Of a stretch of 64,000 bases of DNA, positions 46,188 through 55,265 are shown piece by piece; positions within the stretch are counted from its first letter, which is position 1, and each line of letters starts with the position of its first letter. The notes under the pieces are model-generated. The model did no database searches. It was not told where the DNA came from and was given only the letters and a program-made list of their open reading frames with translations. The position numbers were made by a program, and so were the translations under genes. The stretch spans positions 832,001 to 896,000 of the forward strand of contig CBDBDQ010000005.1 of assembly GCA_965203905.1 (NCBI GenBank), given 5' to 3'. This DNA comes from Spirochaetia bacterium. Its GTDB lineage: Bacteria > Spirochaetota > Spirochaetia > SZUA-6 > Bin103.

Positions 46188-48206
46188 TGTTGCCTCATCC
46201 AAGAATCTAACCGTGCGGGGAGGCATGCCTCATTTTAAGGATCTAACCCAGAGAGGCGGCGGGAAACGAGGGGGAGCGCGAGGGGGGAGACTAATGGTTG
46301 TGGATAAGTGGATAGTGCGGGCCGCCGGTGCGGTGCCAACCCGCGGTGTTCGAAGGTCGGCTTGGCGAGCTGGCCACCCGCCCGACAGGCGGCAACAGCG
46401 AGGTCCGGCAGCGGCGCTGTGTGGCGGCCCGCCAGGCACCGCGAATCGGGCATCTGCGCGGCGGCCGGTGGGTGAACGAGGGCTGATGCCGGCCCCGCTG
46501 AGGTGGTGGCTGCCTGACTACGGCGGCGCTGCCGGCGCATGAGCCGTCCACCGCATCGCGGCCGCCACGGCCGGCGCGCAACGTCGCCCCGCTGCTCGCA
46601 ACAGCGGGTGTAAGCGAGCGAACGAGGACGGAGCCGTGCAGAGACGCTGGCAGGCCCCGGAACAGGCATACCTGGACAGGGTGTGCTGTTCTCAGGCGGC
46701 CCAGAACCAGTGTGTCAGAAACGATCTGGTACCAGGAGTACCCCCTGGGCTCCCACAGACGGGTCGGCAAACCTCGCAGGTCGACGCTCCGAGCACGGAC
46801 CGGGCGTGGGCGAAGCCGCCCCCTGAGAACGTCCCCCCGGCCGCGGCAACGTTCAGCGGTTGCTCGGCCGTGTTGGAGGCGCGCTCTTGGACCCAGGTAC
46901 CCGCAACAGGTGCTCGGTCAATCGGGTCAGCTCGCGCTTGAGGGCGACCGGATTCAACGTCGCGTACTGCTGCTTGAGGCGGGCCTTCACCTCGTCGCTC
47001 ACCGACTGGGAGGCCAGCACGCGGTGATACAGAGTCTGCGGGTCATCATAGATGCGGCGCACCTGCTGCCGGAGCGGACTTTCTTCACCAGCTTCACCGA
47101 AGGATAAAAGAAGTTCTCCAGCAGGCAGAGGGGCCGGTACACCGCGTTGAGGGCAGCCAGTTGCGCGTCGCTGTCGTAGCGCAGGTAGCCGACCGCGCGC
47201 CGCACTACGTGGCCATTCTTCTGCTCGACGTAGCAGGTGTCGTTCTTGCGATACGGGCGCCCCCGAGTGAAGGTGATGGCGTGGTTCTCGCAGTAGCGCG
47301 CCAGATGATGATTGATGAATTCGCCGCCGTTGTCGCTGTCGATGCCTTGCATGGCGATCGGCAGGCTGCGACGGGCAGTGTCGATAGCCTCATAGGTCCA
47401 GCGTTGTGCCTTGTTCTTGAGCCCGTGCAGGTCGACCCAGCCGGTGTCAACGTCGGTGATGGTGAGGGTGTGGCAGAAGTCGCCTGAGACATCGCCGCCG
47501 TCATGGCCCACCAGGTCGATCTCGAAGAACCCCGGCTCCTGCTCGGTCCAGTCAGCAAAGGTACGGATCGGGATCTGGTGCTTGAGGTGGCTACCCGGCT
47601 TGATGTGGGTGCGGCCCTTCAGGCGCAGCCGCGCGCGCTCGTGCTGCAACAGCCGGTCGATGGTGGCGGCACTGATGGTCAGCAGCTTGGCGTGCACCTC
47701 GGTGGTGAGCGGGATCTCGCCGAACGACTCCAGCACCGGCAGCGTGGTGCGCAGCACGACCACCAGCCGCTTGCCGCACATGTAGTCGAACACGTACCAG
47801 ATCTGCTTGAGGGCCTTCAGCACCTCCTGGTCGTAGCGCCGCGGGCGCTTGCGGCGCCTGGCCCGCCGCGGGCGTACCGGCAACCAGCTTCACCAGCTTG
47901 CCGTCGATGCGCACCCAGTGGCTACGCCCCCATGAGTTCAGCAGATGGATCGCGTACTTGCGCGCGTAGCCGGTGGTCTCGACGAACTCGCCGAGCATCA
48001 CCGCCTTCTCCTGCTTGCTGGCGCTTCGGTAGCGCCGCGCCACCTGCTCCGTGAGTGCCCTGCGTTCAGCCATCGTCAGCCCCATCCCCTCGGAACCTCC
48101 TCGCCCTCTACGAAGGGCTCCGGACCGGACCCTCAGGTCCAGCTCTTCGGTTAGATTCTTAAATGAGGCACGCTTTTCGCAGGGTTAGATTCTTGATGAG
48201 TAAATG
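46188..48206 (-). mobile_element. ISNCY/rve-type insertion sequence with twin subterminal repeats
   Basis: Two copies of a ~22-bp unit (GGTTAGATTCTT..ATGAGGCA) at each end in inverted orientation: 46191-46212 and 46226-46248 versus 48149-48170 and 48183-48200; the left end starts TGT. No clear target duplication. Confidence 0.85.
46853..48085 (-). CDS. DDE (rve) transposase split by two frameshifts (~47875, ~47063)
   Basis: RYRSASKQEK, CGKRL, ISAATIDRLL, EIDLVGH, DSDNGGEF, RPYRKND..VEQKN. Confidence 0.9.
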
Positions 48207-48248
48207 CGTGCGAGTGCACTTGACCACCAAATGCCTTATGATTGCTCC

Positions 48249-48512
48249 ATGATCACCAGGATCACGGGAGAGAATCAGGTCACGGTGTCGGCCGAGGTCG
48301 CCGCCGCGGAGGGAGTCGAGCTAGAGCTAGGCACCCGGCTCGCGTGGAGCTTCGCGGAGCGTGAGCACGTACTGGAAGTCCGTGTGCTGAAGAGCGTTGC
48401 CGAGGTTGCCGCCAGACGTGCGAGGCCGTGGAGCGCGGGTTTCGGAACCGACCGGGCAGTGCCATTGACGCACTCCTGTGGGAACGCGAGCAAGAGGGAT
48501 GGTGAGCACTAG
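48249..48512 (+). pseudogene. AbrB/MazE-type antitoxin, degenerate, no toxin partner
   Basis: MITRITGENQVTVSAEV...GTRLAW; TATGAT just upstream; C-terminus not protein-like. Confidence 0.6.
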
Positions 48513-48787
48513 CCTTGTGAGGGCGTCCTCACGCTCTCGACACCTCGGCCAATCGGGCCCACCTCGAGCCGAAACGGCGCTGGTGGAGATACGGGGCAGG
48601 ACACGGGCCACAAGAGAGATGCGTGCCCCGACGCTGCCGCAGTTGAAGGGCCCGCTAAGAGTCGATGTCGCTGACCGGACGAAGTAGAGCTGGCGTTTAG
48701 TCAGTACGTCGACCACTGTTACCGCACCGGCCGTCTTCCTATGCCGAAGCCACGTCCGACTATAATGAGTTACGGGGAGCATCTATA

Positions 48788-49189
48788 GTGAACCAAGCGG
48801 ACTACATAGAACTCATCGACTTACTTGAAACCGGTCTTCGCGATGCGGAGGGCCTCGACGTCGACGATCCGTCACTGTATGCGGAGAGAGACCCAGAATC
48901 TGGAGAACTTCGGCGCCGGCATCCGAGGGATCACGTCGTAGAACTGCTGCGAGCGCTCGATCGGCACCTTGCAGTCACCGACCGTGGGACGTACGACAGC
49001 GCTATCGAGACGATCAATGAGTCAATCGAAGGGCCTCGCGTAGTCGGTGCTTCTATCATTCTCTTGGATGACTCACGGCAGGTCAGACTCGATGCCCTGC
49101 CTGACCTGAGCGCGGCCCGAGGTCGGCTAGAGGAACTGATCCAAGGGATTCTTGCTGACCCCGAACCGGACAGGGAAACGAATCGATGA
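48788..49189 (+). CDS. Hypothetical acidic protein, coupled to downstream nuclease-like gene
   Basis: 133-aa ORF; TATAAT at 48761 and GGGGAG RBS; ATGA overlap with next ORF. Confidence 0.7.
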   Translation: MNQADYIELIDLLETGLRDAEGLDVDDPSLYAERDPESGELRRRHPRDHVVELLRALDRHLAVTDRGTYDSAIETINESIEGPRVVGASIILLDDSRQVRLDALPDLSAARGRLEELIQGILADPEPDRETNR

Positions 49190-49848
49190 ACAAGACACAT
49201 GCAATTCGGGAGGTCTTGTCAGTTCTGGGCGCCCTCCACAACTATACGCGTCAGGACAAGAAGCACTTGGTATCGCTCTCTCAAGGCAAGCTCTACGAAC
49301 TGTACGTCCTTGCCACCATAGTGAGTTACCTAGGCAATAGAGGATTCAACATTCATCACGTTGGCTGCAACATCTGCTTCAAGCAAGCACCTGGAAAGCT
49401 TTACGTAAACGACCCGCACTTCGTCGTTAATTCGCCTAACGGTCAACTGCAACTCTATGTGGACATTGAATTCCAAACGCTCGGCCACATCTCCGCAGCA
49501 ACTCAAAACGATCTAAGCACCCTCCACGAGCTAGATGTCGTCCTTATCAAGGATCCTACCGATCGTAGCAACCCGACCTACAGTCAAATCCTCCTGGGAG
49601 TGGAGTGCAAGAGTAACGCTGTCCTGAAGAAGAGCTTCGTCAGGGAAGCCCTGGGCCTACGCCGGGAGCTGTCCTACATGAGACGAGATACTGTCTCCTG
49701 GCTTTCCCGGCTTACTTGCACGAATCCTGTACTAGTACCTGCCCATCCAGCCTCTGAATTTTGGCTTGCTTTCACCGATCCTCAAGGAATGAGGTACCAG
49801 AAAAGCCCCGCCGTGTTCGGTGTCGAACTCAGACACATTCAGCCGTGA
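49186..49848 (+). CDS. PD-(D/E)xK restriction-endonuclease-like protein
   Basis: GKLYELY...HELDVVL...GVECK; clearly lower GC. Confidence 0.65.
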   Translation: MNKTHAIREVLSVLGALHNYTRQDKKHLVSLSQGKLYELYVLATIVSYLGNRGFNIHHVGCNICFKQAPGKLYVNDPHFVVNSPNGQLQLYVDIEFQTLGHISAATQNDLSTLHELDVVLIKDPTDRSNPTYSQILLGVECKSNAVLKKSFVREALGLRRELSYMRRDTVSWLSRLTCTNPVLVPAHPASEFWLAFTDPQGMRYQKSPAVFGVELRHIQP

Positions 49849-50133
49849 CAGGAGAACCAAGTAACTATTACTTCGAGTTAAATCAGGTTGATGCGCAGCA
49901 GGTTAGCCGTCCGGTGCCAGCCCGGGGCGCCGCTGGCTGTGTCGAGGAAGATGCTCAGCCAATTGATGTTGACACAGGCTAAGTCAATGCAGAATAGGCT
50001 CATGTCGCCTCGGTTGTTTGAAGATCAGAGCTCCGGTTCGCCGTCGCCATCCGTGGTGCAGGTTCACCAAGCCGCGGCGGGGCTGAGTCCTGGCTGAATC
50101 CCCCAGTACGGCATGTTGGCCTATCACAGCGGT

Positions 50134-50420
50134 TCAATGCAAAGCAATCAGAATGGAACCCATCAATGTTCTCACGACCGTCTCCATCACCGGAGGACAG
50201 ACACCGTTCCCCAGAATCATGATCTTGTCGCGACGTGTCCCTCCATCAACGATGAGATCGTCACGAAATCCCATCGTGCGGGCCAGTTCTGGTACCTGTA
50301 GCATTCGTAACATCGCTCCGGCTTCCGAAGGCTCGCACAACGCGAAGCGATCAAGGGTCGTCACCGTACGAAGGGGAACCGTCAACGGCTGCCAACCGCC
50401 AGCCCCATCGCTTCCGTAGT
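50134..50420 (-). pseudogene. 3' remnant of a C5 DNA cytosine methyltransferase
   Basis: YGSDGAGGWQPLTVPLRTVTTLDRF...RMLQVPELARTMGF...LGNGVCPPV (motifs IX-X). Confidence 0.85.
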
Positions 50421-50609
50421 GAAGTCCTCTACCCGACGCCGTGTCCCGCTCGGGTTGCCGCTCTTCTCCGCCCCGTGCAGCAGTTCGGCCAGGGTAATCG
50501 CGCTGATGCAGATCTCACCCGCATACGCGTTGAGGGTGTCGAGCGCCTGCCGCGACCTACGGTTGAGGACGTAGATCGACAGGTCGGTGTCGAGCATGAA
50601 GCGGTTCAT
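50420..50609 (-). pseudogene. vapC: VapC toxin truncated after ~63 aa
   Basis: FMLDTDLSIY...ISAITLAELLHGAEKS, then runs into the methyltransferase remnant. Confidence 0.85.
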
Positions 50610-50845
50610 GCGAGCGGCTCACGCTCCTCCGGCGGCGATTGCTCGCCTCGTTCGATGAGCACGTTATCCGTCGCCGCCGCTTCTTGCAGGAAGAACGTGT
50701 CCCAGATGCGGTCGACCGGGGACAGCACGTGGTCGGGACCCACCACGCGCACGTTCACTCTCTTGATTCCGGCGGCAAACCGCATCTCCGCTGGGATACG
50801 CACCGCCTGGGTACGATTGTTCTCGAACACCGAGCCAGTTGCCAT
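50606..50845 (-). CDS. vapB: VapB (VagC/MvpA-like) antitoxin
   Basis: SVFENNRTQAVRIPAEMRF...WDTFF; ATGA overlap with vapC. Confidence 0.9.
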   Translation of the reverse strand: MATGSVFENNRTQAVRIPAEMRFAAGIKRVNVRVVGPDHVLSPVDRIWDTFFLQEAAATDNVLIERGEQSPPEEREPLA

Positions 50846-50915
50846 TATCTGCTCCGATAGCACCGGAGACGCGCTCCTGCAACGGATCAGAGCAGCGTTC
50901 TCGTGGAGGCGGCCG

Positions 50916-51950
50916 CTACCGCGCGGGCGGGGCGACCGGGTCAGGTATGAGTGCGGCTGCGGCAACGGTGATGCGCTCGATGATTCGCGCCACTTCGTCG
51001 TCCGAGAAATCGGGATGGGTTGTCAGGCACACGGTCCTGCCGAGGATGTCCAGCGACTGCCGGCACATCTTCCTTCGAGTAGTCCATCCGGCAGCCCCGG
51101 TTCTGCTCCAGCGCGAACGGATTCACCGCCGCGTGGTGGGCGCCGCGGTGCTCCAGCACCGGGTCCCACTCGGTGTACACGTGGCGCCCGGTCTTCAGCG
51201 CGACCCAGCCGCCGGTCCTTTCCGCCAGCGCATTAGCTGCCGCCGCGGTCGGCAGCAGAAAGGCGACGTGCGTGCCGCACTCCCAGGCCGGGCTGTTGCC
51301 GGGACTCGGCGTCAGGCCGCAAGCCGCGGTCTCCGTGAGGATCCTCCTCTTCTGGGCCCGCATGGTGGCGATCATGTCGTCGATCCGGTCGAGCTGGCAG
51401 TTCATGATCGCGCCCTCGATCTCCGAGGCGCGCGCCCCGTTTGCCAGGTAGCCGGCGAAGCTCTCCTTGCGTCCGTCCCAGTAGAAGCGGCAGGGGTCGA
51501 TCGCGCACTCGATGCGCTCGGCGAAGGCGTCGTCGTCGGTTACCACCGCGCCCCCTCGCCGCAGCTCATGTTCTTGTAGTGGTTGAAACTGAATGCGCCG
51601 ACGTGGCCGATCGAGCCGAGCATCCTGCCCTCGTAGGCACCCACGACGCCCTGGCAGGCATCCTCTATCACCAGCAGTTCCCGTTCGGCGGCGACCTCCA
51701 TGATCGAGTCCATGTCACAGGGCAGACCCCACATGTGGACCGGGATCACCGCCCGGGTGCGCGGACCGATGGCATCCCACAAGGCGGCGGGGCTCATTCC
51801 GATGCTCTCGTCGATGTCGACGATCACGGGGATCGCGCCGGCGGCGAGCACCGATCCGGGGGTGGCCATGTAGGTGCACGCCGGGACGATCACCTCGTCA
51901 CCGGGACCGATGCCCGCCCCCCATGAGCGCGGCCGTCAGCGCGTTCGTGT
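50916..51950 (-). pseudogene. DegT/DnrJ/EryC1/StrS aminotransferase, 5'-truncated with three indels
   Basis: GIGPGDEVIVP, PVHMWG, IEDACQ, FSFNHYKNMSCGEG; indels near 51920, 51550 and 51070. Confidence 0.88.
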
Positions 51951-51965
51951 CTTCCTGTCGCGTGT

Positions 51966-51994
51966 TTGACACTGCTGTCAGGTTTAGATACGTT
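51966..51994 (+). promoter_or_regulatory. Sigma70-type promoter with overlapping inverted repeat
   Basis: TTGACA-17 nt-TACGTT; TGACA-ctgc-TGTCA palindrome over the -35. Confidence 0.5.
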
Positions 51995-52329
51995 GCGTAA
52001 CGTCGGTGCTAGTAAACTACCTCCTGTAGTTGGTCGATCGGGGCTACAGTCGTGAGAAATAGGGAATACCGCTTGATCTATTGGAACGCCAACAGCGGAT
52101 TCAGGAAAGGCGATCTATTGCACTTTTCCCGGTAAGAACAACATTCCTGCGCGTCTTGGTCCTTCGGCATATGCCACATGTGACGGCTGTCGTCTTAGGT
52201 ACGACCTAGTGCCTGAACCATGTGACCGAAGCCGAGTACAATGCCACCGGCCGCGATAACACCGACGAGACGAGCCGCTGAAACCAGAAGACGGCCGACC
52301 AGACTGGCTGTGACAACAAGGATTAGATC

Positions 52330-52527
52330 ATGTACGCGCGTCGTCGTAACAGTGACATATGGCACTGGTGTACCAACTGTAGAAATTGGCCAGCTCGCGC
52401 AGATAGAGCTGACATTCGTTTTTCCGCACCGGATCTCAAGACGGACTTGTGCGAAGAATGCTACGTCAAGCAACGGGACAACAGGTGTGTATCTCTGTCG
52501 AAGGTAGACCCAACACATCGCAAGTAG
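52330..52527 (+). CDS. Small Cys/His-rich putative zinc-binding protein
   Basis: YARRRNSDIWHWCTNCRNWP...LCEEC; AAGGA upstream. Confidence 0.6.
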   Translation: MYARRRNSDIWHWCTNCRNWPARADRADIRFSAPDLKTDLCEECYVKQRDNRCVSLSKVDPTHRK

Positions 52528-52929
52528 TTCTGGTCACCAGCCTATATTTGGTCTCGTACATCGTACATAAACGACGAGATCTCCGCTGGCCACGTAAGAC
52601 GTCATGATGTCGAACTTTCGTCGATACAGTCCATCAAAGCGGGCACGCTGGGACAACACACGGTAACGATCGTGGCAGAGTAGCGATGAAGATGAGCGAC
52701 ACTTCGCAGTAGAGTGGACGGCGCGAACTTCTTGGACTGTGAGCCGGTCAAACCTACCCAGATCATCCCGGAGAAGACTCGAGAGGCCTCAGGAATCATT
52801 CGGGTCGAAAGGGACGTCCTGGCCGGTCCCGAACGACCGCGATAAAACGTTGGGCAACTAATCCCAGGCTGTTGCTCTCATGGTGGACGATCGAAGCTGC
52901 GTGACTGGCCGGTTCGTCGCCGGAGCAAC

Positions 52930-53215
52930 GCCGACGACGGTCTGCCGGTGTACAGTTTTTGCAGGCCGATGAGCGAGTTGGGGACGCTAACGCTAACTAG
53001 TCGCGAACACCTTACGGATGGTGGACAGCGCGGCCACGTTCACCATGCACAGCGAACCGACCGTACTGCAGCAGCGCTGTTTCGATCTGCCGGGGCCAGC
53101 GCCCAAGTGTAGCCAGACACGGACGTTTTGGCCATTGAGTGCGATTTTGAATTCAATAACGATCTAACTTAAATTAGCAAGAATCGCGCCCTGAAACCTT
53201 AAACTTAAATCGGGA
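52930..53215 (+). mobile_element. IS1634-family transposase 3' remnant and probable right end
   Basis: DDGLPVYSF...ELGTLT and FTMHSEPTVLQQRCFDL...KCSQ resemble IS1634 C-termini; followed by an AT-rich end. Confidence 0.6.
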
Positions 53216-55264
53216 TTAATCGTGCAACGCCTTGCGAAGTGCATCGGGCGCATCAGCGTAGAATAGGACCTGGACCCTCGTCGCGACGTCATCCGATAAA
53301 TCGATCAGTGCCCGCCGAGTGGATACGGGCACAAGCACGGTATCGGCTCCTTTCTCCATGGCCAGTTCTATCACGTCGATCGGATTATGAATTGGTTCGA
53401 TAGATCCACCCAAAGTGATTCCTCCAGCGACAACAAGGCCACCTTTCAGCGGCTTGCTGAGTAGTGCAGAGCAAAGACCCACGAGAACGCCGACGCCAAG
53501 CTGCTCTCCTGTTCTCGCAGCGTCGAATGAACGAAGCTGCAGTACGAACTCATGCTCACGCGGATTGCGCTCGCCGACGAGTTCCTGCGATCTTGCATAC
53601 AGATTCTGTTGAGCAGTGCCCGCGCTCTCTCGAAAAGGACCTGGCGGAGACTGGTTCAGAATTCGGACGCCGCTACCTGCGCTCTCCGTCACCTCTATCC
53701 GGAACAACCCCGCGCGCGCGTCCTGGCCTCCGGGGCTTATCACCCAGACCTGGCCGACTGGCAGCGGATCGGATCCGATGCTGTGCTCGCTCTGTAATTC
53801 TGGCGTGGACACGAATTTCTCGACACCATCCAAACCCAACACGTAGCTGAAGTGCGTGTTACGGAACTCGGCCGATCCGATGCGCTTCTGTTGCTCCTTC
53901 ACACGACGACGAACCTCCAGGGCAAGACGTACCGCCCATTCCAAGTCGTCGTCCGGGATAGCGGCAGTGGGATCAGGATAGAGCAGCTTCAACAGACCGG
54001 ACACCGTTTTGTTGACAGCGTTCTGATCTCGCCCAGAGAGGGCGCCGCCACAATGCAGTCGCCCCTGAAGGACATTCACACGGCTCTGCGAACGAAGGCG
54101 AGAGAAGCATTCCGCGAGTACGTCGCTAACCAAGCCGAAGCGGTCGGTGAATAACTCCTTGTTGATCTTCGGCATGTCCCATCCGGGCAGATAGCAATGG
54201 ATTCGGTCCATCAGGGCCGTGTCATTCCGCATCTCCGGCGGCATTGGACCGAATAGGTGCCCTTGCCGCTGCTGATGCTGCACATCCACGTCGAAATTGC
54301 CGAGCATGACGATGCTGCCTTCGGCGCGGATGCTCTCCCGTCCGCGCGAAAACTCTCCCGACTCCATGTATCCTTTCATGATGTTGACGCCGTCCTTCTG
54401 ATCGAACGAAATCCCCGAGACCTCATCGAAACAAACGACATCGTACTGGCAGACAAGTCCACGCTGCCCGTTAGCCATGTTGACGAACATGCGTGCGACC
54501 GTGGCCTTGCCGCCGGAAACAAGGTGGGCGTAGGGTGAGACTTGTTGGAAGAGATGGCTCTTACCCGTACCGCGTGGGCCTAGCTCGACGAGGTTGTAGT
54601 TCCGCTCCACGAACGGCACCATGCGCAGCAAAGTTGCGTCCTGGGCACGGGCGCTGAGAGAGGCTGGTTCCAGCCCAATGCTACGCAGAAGGAAGTTTCT
54701 CCACTCGTGCGTGCTCAGGGTCGATCGGCCAGAGGCGACCTTACCCAGAATGTCACGAGTCGAAAGCTGAATCTCACGGAGGTTCAGAATCTCAAACGGT
54801 CTCCCACCCTTCTCCTGCGCGACACTCGGGTCGTAGCCGAGCTCGATCTCGGCATAGAAGCCGCCCGTTAACATTCGTTCATGATCACGGACGACTCTGT
54901 CCGAGATGCGAACGTCATTTAATCGGAGGCTTGGCAGAGTTGCCAGGTAGCTGTCAGTCCTGGCGTCGAGCCGGGCGGTAACGATGTCGATGATGCGCAC
55001 CGAGGCCCGCTCGCGTGCCCTGGACTTGAACAGTTCTTCTTCACCCCCACGTGCCGTCCTATCGGAGAGCTGCGACTGCACCATTTGAAGGCCTTCTTCG
55101 ATCTCTTCCGGCACCGTGCTGGCGCAGTAGCGCCCAAGCATGAACTCCACCACGTAAGTCGGAACGGGGAATTGACCACGGAAGCGGCGTACGAGGTCCT
55201 TGCGCACGATGTGCCCAGGGAAGGCCTCGGCCGCTTTGCGGTCCAGTTCGTCGAGTTCGATCAC
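53216..55264 (-). CDS. brxL: BREX Lon-like AAA+ protein BrxL
   Basis: VRKDL, VPTYVVEF, VERNYNLVELGPRGTGKS, FDEV, MESGEFSRG, Lon-like C-terminus. Confidence 0.93.
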   Translation of the reverse strand: MIELDELDRKAAEAFPGHIVRKDLVRRFRGQFPVPTYVVEFMLGRYCASTVPEEIEEGLQMVQSQLSDRTARGGEEELFKSRARERASVRIIDIVTARLDARTDSYLATLPSLRLNDVRISDRVVRDHERMLTGGFYAEIELGYDPSVAQEKGGRPFEILNLREIQLSTRDILGKVASGRSTLSTHEWRNFLLRSIGLEPASLSARAQDATLLRMVPFVERNYNLVELGPRGTGKSHLFQQVSPYAHLVSGGKATVARMFVNMANGQRGLVCQYDVVCFDEVSGISFDQKDGVNIMKGYMESGEFSRGRESIRAEGSIVMLGNFDVDVQHQQRQGHLFGPMPPEMRNDTALMDRIHCYLPGWDMPKINKELFTDRFGLVSDVLAECFSRLRSQSRVNVLQGRLHCGGALSGRDQNAVNKTVSGLLKLLYPDPTAAIPDDDLEWAVRLALEVRRRVKEQQKRIGSAEFRNTHFSYVLGLDGVEKFVSTPELQSEHSIGSDPLPVGQVWVISPGGQDARAGLFRIEVTESAGSGVRILNQSPPGPFRESAGTAQQNLYARSQELVGERNPREHEFVLQLRSFDAARTGEQLGVGVLVGLCSALLSKPLKGGLVVAGGITLGGSIEPIHNPIDVIELAMEKGADTVLVPVSTRRALIDLSDDVATRVQVLFYADAPDALRKALHD

Positions 55265-55265
55265 G

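Noticed and set aside
46299-46307. DnaA box as a replication origin
   Set aside because: Single perfect box inside an IS; no AT-rich unwinding region and no dnaA/rep gene.
46600-46700. Group II intron fragment (GAGCCGTG resembles the domain V start)
   Set aside because: No complete domain V hairpin and no reverse transcriptase.
47050-47890. Programmed frameshifting in the transposase
   Set aside because: No slippery heptamer; two opposite single-base indels fit error or decay better.
52195-52518. Hydrophobic minus-strand ORF
   Set aside because: Overlaps the better-supported Cys-rich ORF and has no convincing start.
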